Assembly (NCBI GenBank): GCA_963812605.1
Contig: CAWEWF010000014.1
Coordinates: 224,001 to 288,000, forward strand
Reading direction: 5' to 3'
Source: an uncultured Verrucomicrobiae bacterium
Lineage (GTDB): Bacteria > Verrucomicrobiota > Verrucomicrobiia > Palsa-1439
Length of the DNA stretch: 64,000 nt
The notes below the pieces were generated by a model, which worked only from the letters and a program-made list of their open reading frames with translations, ran no database searches and was not told the origin of the DNA. Below, piece after piece: positions 8,603-18,694 of this stretch (position 1 is its first letter; each line of letters starts with the position of its first letter). The position numbers and the translations under genes are program-made.

Positions 8603-8660
8603 ATTGCGGCCCTGTCGCCGTGACAACCGGCGTGAAGAACAGAAAAAGGGGAGCACGACA

Positions 8661-9185
8661 ATGGCTACGCAACTGCGGCGGACAAAGCAGGAGTTCCTCC
8701 AGTCCCTGAGCCATGCCGCGCGCACGACGGTGGCGGCACTGGTATCGTTGCTGGTGGCGCGAGCCTTTCGACTTCCCGAGGCTTATTGGTCTACCATCAT
8801 GACCCTGGTCGTCGTGCAATCGACGCTGGGTGCTGCCTTGACGGTTTCGTGGCAACGTTTTGCTGGCACCGCGCTGGGAGCAGCCATGGCAGTACTGTTG
8901 GCCGCCATCTTTGGGCCCACCGTGATTGTATTCGGCGCCGGCGTGTTCCTCGCCGGGGTGATCTGCGAAATCATCCATTTGGACAGAAGCGCCTATCGCT
9001 TCGCCAGCGTCACTTTGGCGATCGTGATGTTGATCGCCCGTAATAAGCCCATCTGGGTCGTGGCCGTTCACCGGTTCGTCGAAGTGACCGTGGGAATTGC
9101 GGTCGGCTTGGTGCTTACCGCGCTCTGGCCGGAACGTGAACCTGGGGAAGCAGCAACTGTAACCCCGCAAGCGGAACGCCCTTGA
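8661..9185 (+). CDS. FUSC / aromatic acid exporter-like membrane protein
   Basis: YW..T.VV.QS.LG..QRF.GT.LG and HRFVEV.VG motifs. Confidence 0.8.
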   Translation: MATQLRRTKQEFLQSLSHAARTTVAALVSLLVARAFRLPEAYWSTIMTLVVVQSTLGAALTVSWQRFAGTALGAAMAVLLAAIFGPTVIVFGAGVFLAGVICEIIHLDRSAYRFASVTLAIVMLIARNKPIWVVAVHRFVEVTVGIAVGLVLTALWPEREPGEAATVTPQAERP

Positions 9186-9210
9186 CACGCATGCAGGACG
9201 GGTGAATGAT
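9182..9210 (+). promoter_or_regulatory. sigma70 promoter of the redox cluster
   Basis: TTGACA-17-AATGAT; imperfect hairpin at 9236-9265 precedes the RBS. Confidence 0.5.
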
Positions 9211-9282
9211 GCAAGTGGCGTTGTTCTGCTAGAGCGCAGGTTGACGTTTGGCAGTCTGACCTGCAAAAGGAGAGAGGCGATT

Positions 9283-9804
9283 ATGACCACAAGTAACAAC
9301 GAGCCAGGGATTCACCATCCAAAATCAATCCTCGGACCGGGCACCCCGGCACCCGACTTTACATTGCATAGCACACCCGACCAGAGTGTCTCGCTGAGCG
9401 ATTTTCGCGGCCAGCCGGTCATCCTGGCGTTCTACCCGGCCGATTGGAGCCCGGTGTGCGGGGACCAGATGGCGCTCTACAATGAGCTTCTGCCGGAGTT
9501 TCACCGCTTTAACGCGGAACTGATCGGCCTTTCGGTCGATGGCATCTGGTGCCATCTGGCGTTTGCCAAGGATCGCAAGCTGCGGTTCCCGTTGCTTCCG
9601 GACTTCGAGCCAAAGGGCGCCGTGGCGCGCGCCTTCGGGGCCTACCGCCCGCAAGACGGCACCTGCGAGCGGGCCTTGTTCGTGATTGATGCCGAAGGAA
9701 CGATTCGCTGGAGCTACGTGTCGCCGGTCGGCGTCAATCCCGGCGCCGATGGTATCCTCGCGGCGCTCGAAGCGCTTCCGGCCAAACCAGAGGTGAAAGC
9801 ATGA
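9283..9804 (+). CDS. AhpC/TSA peroxiredoxin-like protein
   Basis: APDFTL, FYPADWSPVC, ERALFVID. Confidence 0.9.
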   Translation: MTTSNNEPGIHHPKSILGPGTPAPDFTLHSTPDQSVSLSDFRGQPVILAFYPADWSPVCGDQMALYNELLPEFHRFNAELIGLSVDGIWCHLAFAKDRKLRFPLLPDFEPKGAVARAFGAYRPQDGTCERALFVIDAEGTIRWSYVSPVGVNPGADGILAALEALPAKPEVKA

Positions 9805-10337
9805 GAACACAGTGGGTAGCGAAACTTACTCTACCGGTGGGGGACCGCGATCACATTCAGGGGCTTGCAACCGCGCCGATCACCCTCGTGGAATATGGCG
9901 ATTACGAGTGCCCGTATTGCGGCCAGGCCTATCCGATCGTCAAGGAACTTCAAGAGCGATTGGGGAAGCGACTGCGCTTCGTTTTTCGCAATTTTCCGCT
10001 CTCGACGATGCATCCTCATGCCGAGCAGGCCGCGGAGGCCGCTGAGACGGCCGGGGCGCACGGCAAATTTTGGGAGATGCACAACGCCTTGTACGAAAAC
10101 CAGGAAGCGCTCGACGGAGAGGATTTGGTCCAGTATGCCGCCGCGCTCGGTCTCGATGCTTCCCGATTCACCAACGAACTTGCCAAGCACACCCAGGCCG
10201 CCCGCGTGCGCGAAGATTTTATGAGCGGCGCTCGCAGCGGGGTGAATGGCACGCCGACGTTTTTTATCAACGGGGTTCGCCACGACGACTCGTTTGATCC
10301 CGCCACGCTCTTGAAGGCAATGGAGGCCGCATTATGA
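9801..10337 (+). CDS. DsbA/thioredoxin-fold protein
   Basis: EYGDYECPYC, FRNFPL, GVNGTPTFFING. Confidence 0.92.
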   Translation: MRTQWVAKLTLPVGDRDHIQGLATAPITLVEYGDYECPYCGQAYPIVKELQERLGKRLRFVFRNFPLSTMHPHAEQAAEAAETAGAHGKFWEMHNALYENQEALDGEDLVQYAAALGLDASRFTNELAKHTQAARVREDFMSGARSGVNGTPTFFINGVRHDDSFDPATLLKAMEAAL

Positions 10338-10579
10338 AAGACCAGACCACCGATCAATCCGTCCTCAAGCATATTAAGGATCTTGCGGCAGAAGAGCATC
10401 GATTGTACGGGCAAGAATCGCTCGCAAGCGCCGAGACCGACCGGCTAAAAAAAATTGAAGTTGAATTGGACCAGTGCTGGGATCTGTTACGCCAGCGCCA
10501 GGCCCGGCGGGCGGCCGGACAGGACCCGAATAAAGCCCAGGTGCGCGCGCCAGGAATTGTCGAGAACTATGAGCAGTAG
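10334..10579 (+). CDS. DUF2630 family protein
   Basis: EVELDQCWDLLRQR.A..G.DP..VENYEQ. Confidence 0.88.
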   Translation: MKDQTTDQSVLKHIKDLAAEEHRLYGQESLASAETDRLKKIEVELDQCWDLLRQRQARRAAGQDPNKAQVRAPGIVENYEQ

Positions 10580-10596
10580 TGAAAGGAGGCAGAGCC

Positions 10597-11121
10597 ATGC
10601 CAAAGAGTGATGCAGCGCAACGAGAGGGACGGGAAAACGACTCTTTAAAAACGCCAACGGATCTCAGCCGCAAGGGTGTCGGCGGGATCTCCAACGCGCT
10701 CCGGCAGATGCTGGCTGACGTGTTTGCACTTTACGTGAAGACGAAGAATTTCCACTGGCATATGAGCGGGGCGCACTTTCGCGACTACCACCTGCTTTTG
10801 GACGAGCACGCCGACCAGGTGTTTGCCATGACGGACGATATTGCGGAACGCGCGCGCAAGATCGGGGGAACCACGCTCCATTCCATCAGCGACATTTCAC
10901 AGCATCAACGGCTGAAAGACAACAACGAGGAATTCGTCACCCCGAAGGACATGCTGGCCGAGCTGTCGGCGGACAACCAACATCTGACAAGGTCCCTGCG
11001 CGCCGCCCATGAGGTCTGCGAACAGTACAACGATGTCGCCACCGCCAGCATGATTGAGGTCTGGATTGACCAGACGGAACGACGGACGTGGTTCCTGTCA
11101 GAGATCGTGCGCGACCTGTAA
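10597..11121 (+). CDS. dps: DNA starvation/stationary phase protection protein
   Basis: KTKNFHWHMSG.HF..H.LLDE, DDIAER ferroxidase motifs. Confidence 0.94.
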   Translation: MPKSDAAQREGRENDSLKTPTDLSRKGVGGISNALRQMLADVFALYVKTKNFHWHMSGAHFRDYHLLLDEHADQVFAMTDDIAERARKIGGTTLHSISDISQHQRLKDNNEEFVTPKDMLAELSADNQHLTRSLRAAHEVCEQYNDVATASMIEVWIDQTERRTWFLSEIVRDL

Positions 11122-11177
11122 AGGAGTGTAGAGGCGCGGCAAGCTCGTACACCAAATCCAGCAGGAAGAAAGACATC

Positions 11178-11273
11178 ATGATATTTGGTATATCGACAGC
11201 CACCTATTCGCTTGTTGTGTTGGCCATCGTCGCCGCAATCAAGTTCCGCGACGAAGCGGTTCGTCCAGCTTGA
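11178..11273 (+). CDS. Putative 31-aa single-TM peptide
   Basis: MIFGISTATYSLVVLAIVAAIKFRDEAVRPA; purine-rich RBS, fills the operon gap. Confidence 0.35.
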   Translation: MIFGISTATYSLVVLAIVAAIKFRDEAVRPA

Positions 11274-11289
11274 ACGGTTTACACACTCC

Positions 11290-11784
11290 ATGCCAACGAT
11301 TCAGATTTCCGTGCAGCGTTTCAGCGTGGTCTCTCGCAATCCATTCGAGAGCGTGGTCGCGAAGCTCAGCGAGACAATCGGCCATCCGGACATGAAGACT
11401 TTTTCCAAGGATGTTACGGCGGCCAGGACGTACGCCGAACTGGAACAGGTCGTTCACAAGGCAATCGGAGCGTCCGGTTTGATGGAATTCGCCCGCTTCA
11501 ACATGGGCGAGATCCTGCGCAAGGAAAGCGGGACTGCAACGTCACACATTCTGCGCCTGGTCATCGGCAATCCGCTCATCATGAAGCAAATGGCCGTGCG
11601 CGTTCCCGACGCCGCGTCGTACGCGCCGGTGACGATCCTGATTGATGAACGCGCGGATGGAGTGCATTTGTCCTATGACCGAATGGCCAGCTATTTGGCT
11701 CCCTACGGCAATGCGGAGGCCCTGAAGGTCGCCCGGGATCTGGATTCCAAGATCGAGGCCCTCCTGGCGACGGCAGCCACCTGA
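11290..11784 (+). CDS. DUF302 domain protein
   Basis: IGNP..MKQM....P.A..YAP..ILI.E. Confidence 0.85.
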   Translation: MPTIQISVQRFSVVSRNPFESVVAKLSETIGHPDMKTFSKDVTAARTYAELEQVVHKAIGASGLMEFARFNMGEILRKESGTATSHILRLVIGNPLIMKQMAVRVPDAASYAPVTILIDERADGVHLSYDRMASYLAPYGNAEALKVARDLDSKIEALLATAAT

Positions 11785-11844
11785 ATGATCCGGCTGCGCA
11801 CGTCACCGCAAAGGCTCGCGGTCAAAGTCGAAAGAAACATCACT

Positions 11845-12819
11845 ATGATAAGCAAATTCAAAAGCCACCTTTCCAACACAGCGTCGTTTCGAATTCTGAC
11901 CAGAGCGGTGTGCGCCTGCTTGTTCATACTTTTAGCTGGGTCGGGGTTTGCGGCGTCTGATTTACCGGAGCCAACGCACAGTCGGTTTGCCGACGTCAAT
12001 GGCGTGCGGTTGCACTATCTGATCGCCGGCCAGGGCGACCCAGTCGTACTCCTTCACGGCTACGCCGAAACCAGTCACATGTGGCTCCCGCTGATTGCGG
12101 AACTTGCCAAGACCCATACCGTTATTGCGCCGGACCTGCGCGGCGCCGGTCAATCGTCCACACCGGCTGACGGTTACACCAAGGCCGTGATGGCCCAGGA
12201 CATTCATGCGCTGGTGCACAGCCTCGGGTACGAACATATTCAGATCGTCGGGCATGATATTGGGCTGATGGTGGCCTACGCCTATGCGGCGCAATATCCG
12301 AGCGAGGTGAATCGGATCGTGTTGATGGACGCCTTCCTGCCTGGCGTGGGGAACTGGCGCGATGTCTGGCTGATGCGTGACCTCTGGCATTTCCATTTCT
12401 ACGGCAAGACGCCGCTCGCGCTCGTGCACGGTCGTGAACGCATTTATTTTGAGCATTTCTGGAATGATTTTGCCGCCGACCCCGCCCACTCGGTGCCAGA
12501 GCGCGACCGCCGGATTTACGCCGCCGCTTACGCGCAACCCGACCACATGCGCGCGGGCTTCGAGTATTTCCGAGCGTTCGAGCAGGACGCGCAGGATTTT
12601 GCGGGGTTCGCCAAAACGCCGTTGTCCATGCCGATGCTGGTTCTGAGCGGCGAAAAGGCTTCCGGGGAATTCCTGATCCAACAGGGCCGTCTTGTGGCGA
12701 CCAATGTCGAAGGCGTCATCGTGCATGGTTCTGGACACTGGCTCATGGAAGAGGCGGCCGATCAGGTCATTCCCAAACTAGTTGAGTTCCTCAATCGCCC
12801 GACGGCACCGGTTCACTAA
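11845..12819 (+). CDS. Alpha/beta hydrolase (epoxide hydrolase-like), with signal peptide
   Basis: LLHGY, APDLRG.G, GHDIG, GHW motifs. Confidence 0.92.
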   Translation: MISKFKSHLSNTASFRILTRAVCACLFILLAGSGFAASDLPEPTHSRFADVNGVRLHYLIAGQGDPVVLLHGYAETSHMWLPLIAELAKTHTVIAPDLRGAGQSSTPADGYTKAVMAQDIHALVHSLGYEHIQIVGHDIGLMVAYAYAAQYPSEVNRIVLMDAFLPGVGNWRDVWLMRDLWHFHFYGKTPLALVHGRERIYFEHFWNDFAADPAHSVPERDRRIYAAAYAQPDHMRAGFEYFRAFEQDAQDFAGFAKTPLSMPMLVLSGEKASGEFLIQQGRLVATNVEGVIVHGSGHWLMEEAADQVIPKLVEFLNRPTAPVH

Positions 12820-13478
12820 TGAATGGTCCACACGCAAAGCAGCCAGTCCTCACGGCCGGTCCAACGCCAGAGAAAGCGGATGCGACGCTTCTGCTGGTGC
12901 ACGGACGAGGCGCCTCCGCCGAGAGCATTCTCCCGCTATACGATGAATTGAATAGCGGAAAACTCGCGGCGATCGCACCGCAGGCGGCTGGAAATACGTG
13001 GTACCCGCATTCCTTCCTGGCGCCGCTCGATGCGAACCAGCCATATCTGGACTCGGCGCTGGGCCGGCTCGAATCGCTTGTGGATGATCTTCTGGCCCGG
13101 GGAATCCCGAGCGAACGGATCGTCCTGCTGGGTTTCTCGCAAGGAGCCTGCCTCACGGTGGAATTCTCCGCGAGACATCCGCGGCATTATGGCGCGGTGA
13201 TCGGGCTGACGGGTGGCCTTATCGGGCCCCCCGGCACTCCGAGGAATTATCCGGGATCGCTCGCCGGCACGCCGGTATTCCTCGGTACGAGCGACCCCGA
13301 TCCACACGTTCCGTTCGAGCGCGTGCAGGAGACCGAGGCGGTATTGAGGCGGATGGGCGCGAAGGTGGAACTGCGCCGTTATCCCGGGATGCCGCACACG
13401 ATCAATGACGATGAACTCGACGCGTGCCGAAAGTTGGTTCATCACGTCGTCGCCGCCACTCAAAAGGGCCGACCATGA
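12819..13478 (+). CDS. Phospholipase/carboxylesterase (MhqD-like)
   Basis: HGRG, GFSQG nucleophile elbow, D.HV, H.I. Confidence 0.9.
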   Translation: MNGPHAKQPVLTAGPTPEKADATLLLVHGRGASAESILPLYDELNSGKLAAIAPQAAGNTWYPHSFLAPLDANQPYLDSALGRLESLVDDLLARGIPSERIVLLGFSQGACLTVEFSARHPRHYGAVIGLTGGLIGPPGTPRNYPGSLAGTPVFLGTSDPDPHVPFERVQETEAVLRRMGAKVELRRYPGMPHTINDDELDACRKLVHHVVAATQKGRP

Positions 13479-14458
13479 CGACCACCGAGAAAACGATCCC
13501 GGGACTGCACCACGTCACCGCCATCACCGCCGACGCGCAGAAGAACATCGACTTCTACTGCGGCGTGTTGGGCTTGCGGCTGGTGAAATTGACGGTGAAC
13601 TTTGACGATCCCGGGAGTTATCACCTCTACTACGGCGACGAACTGGGACGGCCGGGGACGATTCTGACTTTTTTTGCCTGGGCCGGCGCGTATCGCGGGC
13701 GAGTTGGGCCGCCGCAGGTCACCGTCACCGCATTCGCCGTTCCATTCGGTGCAATCGACTACTGGTCCAAGCGTTTGAAGGATCGAGGCGTGGAACCGAA
13801 GGCCGGTGTCGATCGCTTTGGTGAACGCGTCCTGGGGTTCTCCGACCCCGATGGGATGCAACTGGAAATCATCAGCCCCGTGGAGGTGGTGGAGCCGAAA
13901 GGCCAGCCCTGGGCCGCCGGCCCGGTTCCCGTCGAGCAGGCCATTCGCGGGTTCCACAGTATCACGATTTCGGAGGAGGGATATGAAAACACCGCCAAAC
14001 TCCTGGCGGAGGTAATGGGTTTCAAATCCGTCGGCAGCGAACAGAATCGCTTCCGCTACCGTGCCGGCACCGGCGACGGGTTCGCATCCACGGTCGATTT
14101 GTTCTGCGTACCGGATGCGCATCACGGTGGCATGGGGGCGGGCGTTGTCCATCACGTCGCCTTCCGCACGAAGGACGATGCCCAACAGAAAGCCTGGCAC
14201 AAAGAAATCGCCGGCAAAGGTTTCAATATTTCGCCGGTGATGGACCGCACTTATTTCCATTCGATTTACTATCGCGAACCGGGCGGCGTGCTTTTCGAAA
14301 TCGCCACGAACAATCCGGGGTTTACCGTCGACGAGTCGGCGGAGCAGCTTGGAGGAAAGCTGATGCTGCCTCCATGGCTTGAGCCAAACCGCAAGGCCAT
14401 CGAACGGGCGGTCCCGCCGGTGCGCTTGCCGTCGAGCGGCGCGGGGCGCAAGCGTTAA
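13475..14458 (+). CDS. Ring-cleaving dioxygenase (MhqA/MhqO VOC family)
   Basis: GLHHVT, VKLTVNFDDP..YHLYYG, HHVAFR, DR.YF.SIYYREPGG.LFEIAT. Confidence 0.93.
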   Translation: MTTTEKTIPGLHHVTAITADAQKNIDFYCGVLGLRLVKLTVNFDDPGSYHLYYGDELGRPGTILTFFAWAGAYRGRVGPPQVTVTAFAVPFGAIDYWSKRLKDRGVEPKAGVDRFGERVLGFSDPDGMQLEIISPVEVVEPKGQPWAAGPVPVEQAIRGFHSITISEEGYENTAKLLAEVMGFKSVGSEQNRFRYRAGTGDGFASTVDLFCVPDAHHGGMGAGVVHHVAFRTKDDAQQKAWHKEIAGKGFNISPVMDRTYFHSIYYREPGGVLFEIATNNPGFTVDESAEQLGGKLMLPPWLEPNRKAIERAVPPVRLPSSGAGRKR

Positions 14459-14472
14459 GAAACGGAATTCTC

Positions 14473-15438
14473 ATGCGAGCCGTCGTCATTCATCAGTTCG
14501 GTGACCCGAAGGTGTTGAAAGTGGAGGAGGTACCGACTCCCGAACCACGCGGCGACGAAGTGCTGGTCGCGATCAAGGCGGCGTCGATCAATCCCAGCGA
14601 CGTGAAGAATGTGGCCGGGACCATGCATGGCACCACGCTTCCGAGGATCCCCGGCCGCGATTTTGCGGGGATCGTCGTTCGGGGGGCTGGCGATCTCATA
14701 AATCGCGAAGTCTGGGGAACCGGCGGTGACATCGGGTTCACCCGTGATGGCTCACACGCCGAGTATCTTCTTCTGCCAAGGGCCGCCGTAACGCCAAAGC
14801 CCGTGGCGCTTTCGATGGAGGCTGCCGCGACCGCCGGTCTGGTATTCGTTACCGCCTGGTCTGCGCTGGTGACGACTGCGGAAGTGTCATCGGGTGGAAC
14901 GGTGGTGATTATTGGCGCTGCCGGCGGAGTTGGGTCAGCGGCCGTCCAAATCGCCAGGGCCCGTGGAGCGCGGGTCATCGGCGCTGTCCGTTCGGATGAT
15001 GATTTCCCGGCGGCGCGGCAGAACGGCGCGGATGAAGTGATCAATTCCCGGTCGGCAAGTATTATCGACGGTGTCCGATCCATCTCGAAGGAGCGCGGGG
15101 CAGACGTTGTCTTTGATACCAGCGGGCTGATGTTTGCCGAGAGTATTGAGATGGCGGGCATGGGTGCGCGCATCCTGGTGATTACGGCCCCGGCTGACGG
15201 CAAAGCCTCGTTTAACCTGCGTAGCATTTATCGCAAAGAGCTTCGTGTCCAGGGTGTCGACACGCGAGTGCTGGATGCCGTTGCCTGCGCAAAATTATTG
15301 GCCCAGATGACCCCCGGCTTCGAGTCCGGGCAATTCAAGGCCAGGCCGGGCAAGCCCATGCCTCTGGCCGCGGCGGTGGAAGCGTATGAGCAAGCTGCGC
15401 ATGGAGGCGGGCGAATTGTGTTGCGACCGGAACTTTGA
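14473..15438 (+). CDS. MDR-family NADPH:quinone oxidoreductase-like protein
   Basis: INPSD, PG.DFAG, GAAGGVG. Confidence 0.9.
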   Translation: MRAVVIHQFGDPKVLKVEEVPTPEPRGDEVLVAIKAASINPSDVKNVAGTMHGTTLPRIPGRDFAGIVVRGAGDLINREVWGTGGDIGFTRDGSHAEYLLLPRAAVTPKPVALSMEAAATAGLVFVTAWSALVTTAEVSSGGTVVIIGAAGGVGSAAVQIARARGARVIGAVRSDDDFPAARQNGADEVINSRSASIIDGVRSISKERGADVVFDTSGLMFAESIEMAGMGARILVITAPADGKASFNLRSIYRKELRVQGVDTRVLDAVACAKLLAQMTPGFESGQFKARPGKPMPLAAAVEAYEQAAHGGGRIVLRPEL

Positions 15439-15480
15439 AGTGGCCGTGGAGCATCCAAGATCACAGCATGCATATTTGTC

Positions 15481-16425
15481 ATGAATGAGGTTCTCCATTT
15501 CACGGCTCGCTATGGGTTGCTGTTATTGTTCGCGGTTGTCTTCATTGAACAATTGGGCGCACCGCTGCCGTCTCCACCATTCCTGTTGGCCGCGGGTGGC
15601 CTGGCGGGCGTCGGTAAAATGAATCCTCTGCTGGCGCTGCTGGTGGCCACTTTGGGCTCGGTCCTGGCGGACAGTATCTGGTTTTATCTCGGTCGCGTCC
15701 GCGGCAGCCGCCTCTTGCGTCTCCTTTGCCGCATTTCCCTTGAGCCGGATACCTGTGTCATGCGGACCGAGAATATCTTCGTGCGGTACGGCGTGCGGGG
15801 TGTTCTTTTTGCGAAATTCATTCCGGGTCTGGGCACCGTAATGCCGCCGCTGGCCGGGATGTACGGGGTGAGCATTCGCCGTTTTCTCGCCTTCGACGGC
15901 CTGGGGGCGATGCTGTACACGGGTTGCTTCCTGCTGCTGGGGGTTCTGTTCAGCAGCCAGCTCCAGCGGGTGGCCGACGCGTTGGATCAATTGGGAAAGG
16001 GCGCGCTGGTGTTATTGGGGGGACTCTTCGCGGCGTACATCGCGTTTAAGTACATCCAACGGCAGCGCGTGTTGCGGAAACTGCGCATCGCGCGAATCAC
16101 CGCGGAAGAACTTCGGCAACGACAGGAAGTTGGCGGAGATGTTTTCATTGTGGACCTGCGGTCGCCGATGGCAGTGCAAAGCGACCCGTATCGCATACCC
16201 GGCGCGCGGCACCTGCTCTTGGACGACGTGGAAAAATGGCTGCCCAATATCCCCCGCGATCAGGAAGTAGTCCTTTATTGCTCCTGCCCGAATGAAGCCA
16301 GTGCCGCCCGCGCGGCGTTCATCCTCTACAAGCGCGGAATCACGCGCGTGCGACCCCTGTTGGGAGGTATGGATGCCTGGCGAGAGCTAAACTATCCGCT
16401 GGAAGCTTCCGTCAATGGAAGCTGA
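15481..16425 (+). CDS. DedA/VTT membrane protein fused to rhodanese domain
   Basis: EQLG.PLP, AKFIPG; YCSCPNEASA, PL.GG..AW. Confidence 0.9.
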   Translation: MNEVLHFTARYGLLLLFAVVFIEQLGAPLPSPPFLLAAGGLAGVGKMNPLLALLVATLGSVLADSIWFYLGRVRGSRLLRLLCRISLEPDTCVMRTENIFVRYGVRGVLFAKFIPGLGTVMPPLAGMYGVSIRRFLAFDGLGAMLYTGCFLLLGVLFSSQLQRVADALDQLGKGALVLLGGLFAAYIAFKYIQRQRVLRKLRIARITAEELRQRQEVGGDVFIVDLRSPMAVQSDPYRIPGARHLLLDDVEKWLPNIPRDQEVVLYCSCPNEASAARAAFILYKRGITRVRPLLGGMDAWRELNYPLEASVNGS

Positions 16426-16451
16426 TCGATGATCACGAGAGGAAACCAAAG

Positions 16452-17027
16452 ATGATTCATACATCGTCAAAAGCAACGCTCACGCCCCCGGTGGGAAAAC
16501 GCGACCACATTCACGGCCCGGCGACCGCGATGGTGACACTGGTCGAATATGGCGATTACCAGTGTCCCTTCTGCGGCGACACGCATCCAATCATCCAGAA
16601 ACTTCAAAAACACTTTGGCGACCAATTGCGATTTGTCTTTCGGAATTTTCCACAGGTCAGGGTCCACGCCTACGCCCAGCGCGCGGCGGAAGCCTCGGAA
16701 GCGGCCAGTGGCCAGGGCAAATTTTGGGAGATGCACGATTATTTGTACGAGCATTCGGAACCGCTCGATGCCGAGAATCTGGCGCGCGCCGCTGGCGCGC
16801 TTGGCCTGGATAAGGTAGAATTTGACCGCGACGTTGCCGAGCGCGCCTATGCTGAGCGGGTCGAGCAGGACGTTCAGAGTGGGATCGCCAGCGGGGTGGG
16901 CGGTACACCAACAATATTCATCAATGGCGTGCGCAGTGACGATGGCGATGATTTCGAGACATTGAAAGCGAAAATTGAAGAAGCGATCGTGCTCGGCAAG
17001 GCATCCAAAGCAAAGCGGCGTTCCTGA
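16452..17027 (+). CDS. Second DsbA/thioredoxin-fold protein
   Basis: EYGDYQCPFC, GV.GTPT.FING; paralog of 9801-10337. Confidence 0.9.
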   Translation: MIHTSSKATLTPPVGKRDHIHGPATAMVTLVEYGDYQCPFCGDTHPIIQKLQKHFGDQLRFVFRNFPQVRVHAYAQRAAEASEAASGQGKFWEMHDYLYEHSEPLDAENLARAAGALGLDKVEFDRDVAERAYAERVEQDVQSGIASGVGGTPTIFINGVRSDDGDDFETLKAKIEEAIVLGKASKAKRRS

Positions 17028-17029
17028 TT

Positions 17030-18691
17030 ATGGCCAAACCAGTGATATGGACAGTGGATGACGACCCCGACGTGCTGCGGGCCGTGGAGCGGGATTTGCG
17101 AAGGCAGTACGGGAACCGGTATCGGGTCATGGCCGCCGATTCGGGCGCGGGGGCCTTGGAATCGGTCAAGCAATTGAAATTGCGCAACGATACGGTCGCG
17201 CTGTTTCTGGTGGATCAACGAATGCCGCGCATGTCGGGCGTGGAATTCCTCGAAGCGGCGCTGGAGTTCTATCCTGAAGCCAAACGCGCCCTGCTCACCG
17301 CCTATGCGGACACCGACGCCGCGATTCGCGCCATCAACTCGGTAAAGATCGATCACTACCTGATGAAACCGTGGGACCCGCCCGAAGAACGTCTCTACGG
17401 AGTCGTGGACGATTTGCTCGACGACTGGCAGGCGGGATTTCGCCCACCCTTTGACGGCATTCGGATTGTGGGACACCGCTGGTCGCCCCACTTCAACCAG
17501 ATCCGGGATTTCTTGGCGAGGAATTCGATTCCGTACCAACTTCTGGACGCTGAGACGGATGAGACGGCCCGTCAGTTGATGGAGAGTTGTAGCATCGATG
17601 GCAAACAGTTGCCGCTGGTTGTCTTTGCGGACGGATCCCATTTGCAGGACCCGACGTCTGGCGCGGTCGCTGAGAAGCTTGGGTTAAAGACCCGGGCGGA
17701 ATTGCCGTTTTATGATTTGGTAATCGTCGGAGGCGGCCCGGCGGGACTGGCGGCGGCGGTTTATGGAGCGGCTGATGGGTTGCGAACGCTATTGATCGAG
17801 CGGGAAGCTCCCGGCGGGCAGGCCGGCCGGAGCTCCCGAATCGAGAATTACCTCGGGTTCCCGACCGGCCTCAGCGGATTTGACCTGGCCCGGCGGGCCG
17901 TCAGCCAGGCCCGACGGTTCGGCGTGGAGATTCTCGCTCCGCAAGAAGTAACCGGAGTCCGGGTGGATGGACCATCCCGTTTTGTCACCTTGGGAAACGG
18001 CACGGAAATCGGCTGCCGCGCGTTGTTGATTGCGACGGGCATTGCCTTCCGCAAAGTAGATGTGCCGGGCGTGGAGGAATTGACTGGCGCGGGAGTTTAC
18101 TACTATGCGCCAATGACCGAGGCGTTGTCCTACAAGAACGAAGACGTGTACATCGTCGGCGGGGCCAACTCGGCGGGGCAGGCCGCGATGTATTTTTCCA
18201 AGTACGCGCGGAGCGTCACGATGTTGGTGCGCGGCGATTCCCTTTCGGCGAATATGTCGCAGTACCTCGAAGACCAGATCGGCGCCACGAAAAACATTGT
18301 GGTGAGACTGAACACGAGCGTGCTCGAAGTGAAAGGCAGCGGTCGCTGTGAAACCATCACGCTCATGAACAACAAGACGTGCGCGAGGGAAACGGTCCCG
18401 GCGAGCGCCCTGTTGTTCTACGTGGGGGCCATTCCGTATACCGATTGGTTGGCCGGCGTGGTCGAGCGCGACGCACAAGGGTATATTTTTTCGGGAGCGC
18501 ATTTGCTGCGGGAGGGAAAGCGACCGGGCGGTTGGGCGCCAGACCGCGATCCGCTTATGCTTGAGACCAGCGTGCCGGGGATCTTTGTGGCCGGCGATGT
18601 GCGCCATGCATCCGCCAAAGGTGTCACCTCCGGAGTAGGGGAAGGCGCGATGGCCGTCAAACTCATCCACCAGTATCTCAGCACGGTGTAA
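17030..18691 (+). CDS. Receiver domain fused to thioredoxin-reductase-like FAD oxidoreductase
   Basis: VDDD..DQRMP..KPW receiver; GGGPAG, IENYLGFP, GGANSAG, AGDV. Confidence 0.93.
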   Translation: MAKPVIWTVDDDPDVLRAVERDLRRQYGNRYRVMAADSGAGALESVKQLKLRNDTVALFLVDQRMPRMSGVEFLEAALEFYPEAKRALLTAYADTDAAIRAINSVKIDHYLMKPWDPPEERLYGVVDDLLDDWQAGFRPPFDGIRIVGHRWSPHFNQIRDFLARNSIPYQLLDAETDETARQLMESCSIDGKQLPLVVFADGSHLQDPTSGAVAEKLGLKTRAELPFYDLVIVGGGPAGLAAAVYGAADGLRTLLIEREAPGGQAGRSSRIENYLGFPTGLSGFDLARRAVSQARRFGVEILAPQEVTGVRVDGPSRFVTLGNGTEIGCRALLIATGIAFRKVDVPGVEELTGAGVYYYAPMTEALSYKNEDVYIVGGANSAGQAAMYFSKYARSVTMLVRGDSLSANMSQYLEDQIGATKNIVVRLNTSVLEVKGSGRCETITLMNNKTCARETVPASALLFYVGAIPYTDWLAGVVERDAQGYIFSGAHLLREGKRPGGWAPDRDPLMLETSVPGIFVAGDVRHASAKGVTSGVGEGAMAVKLIHQYLSTV

Positions 18692-18694
18692 ACC

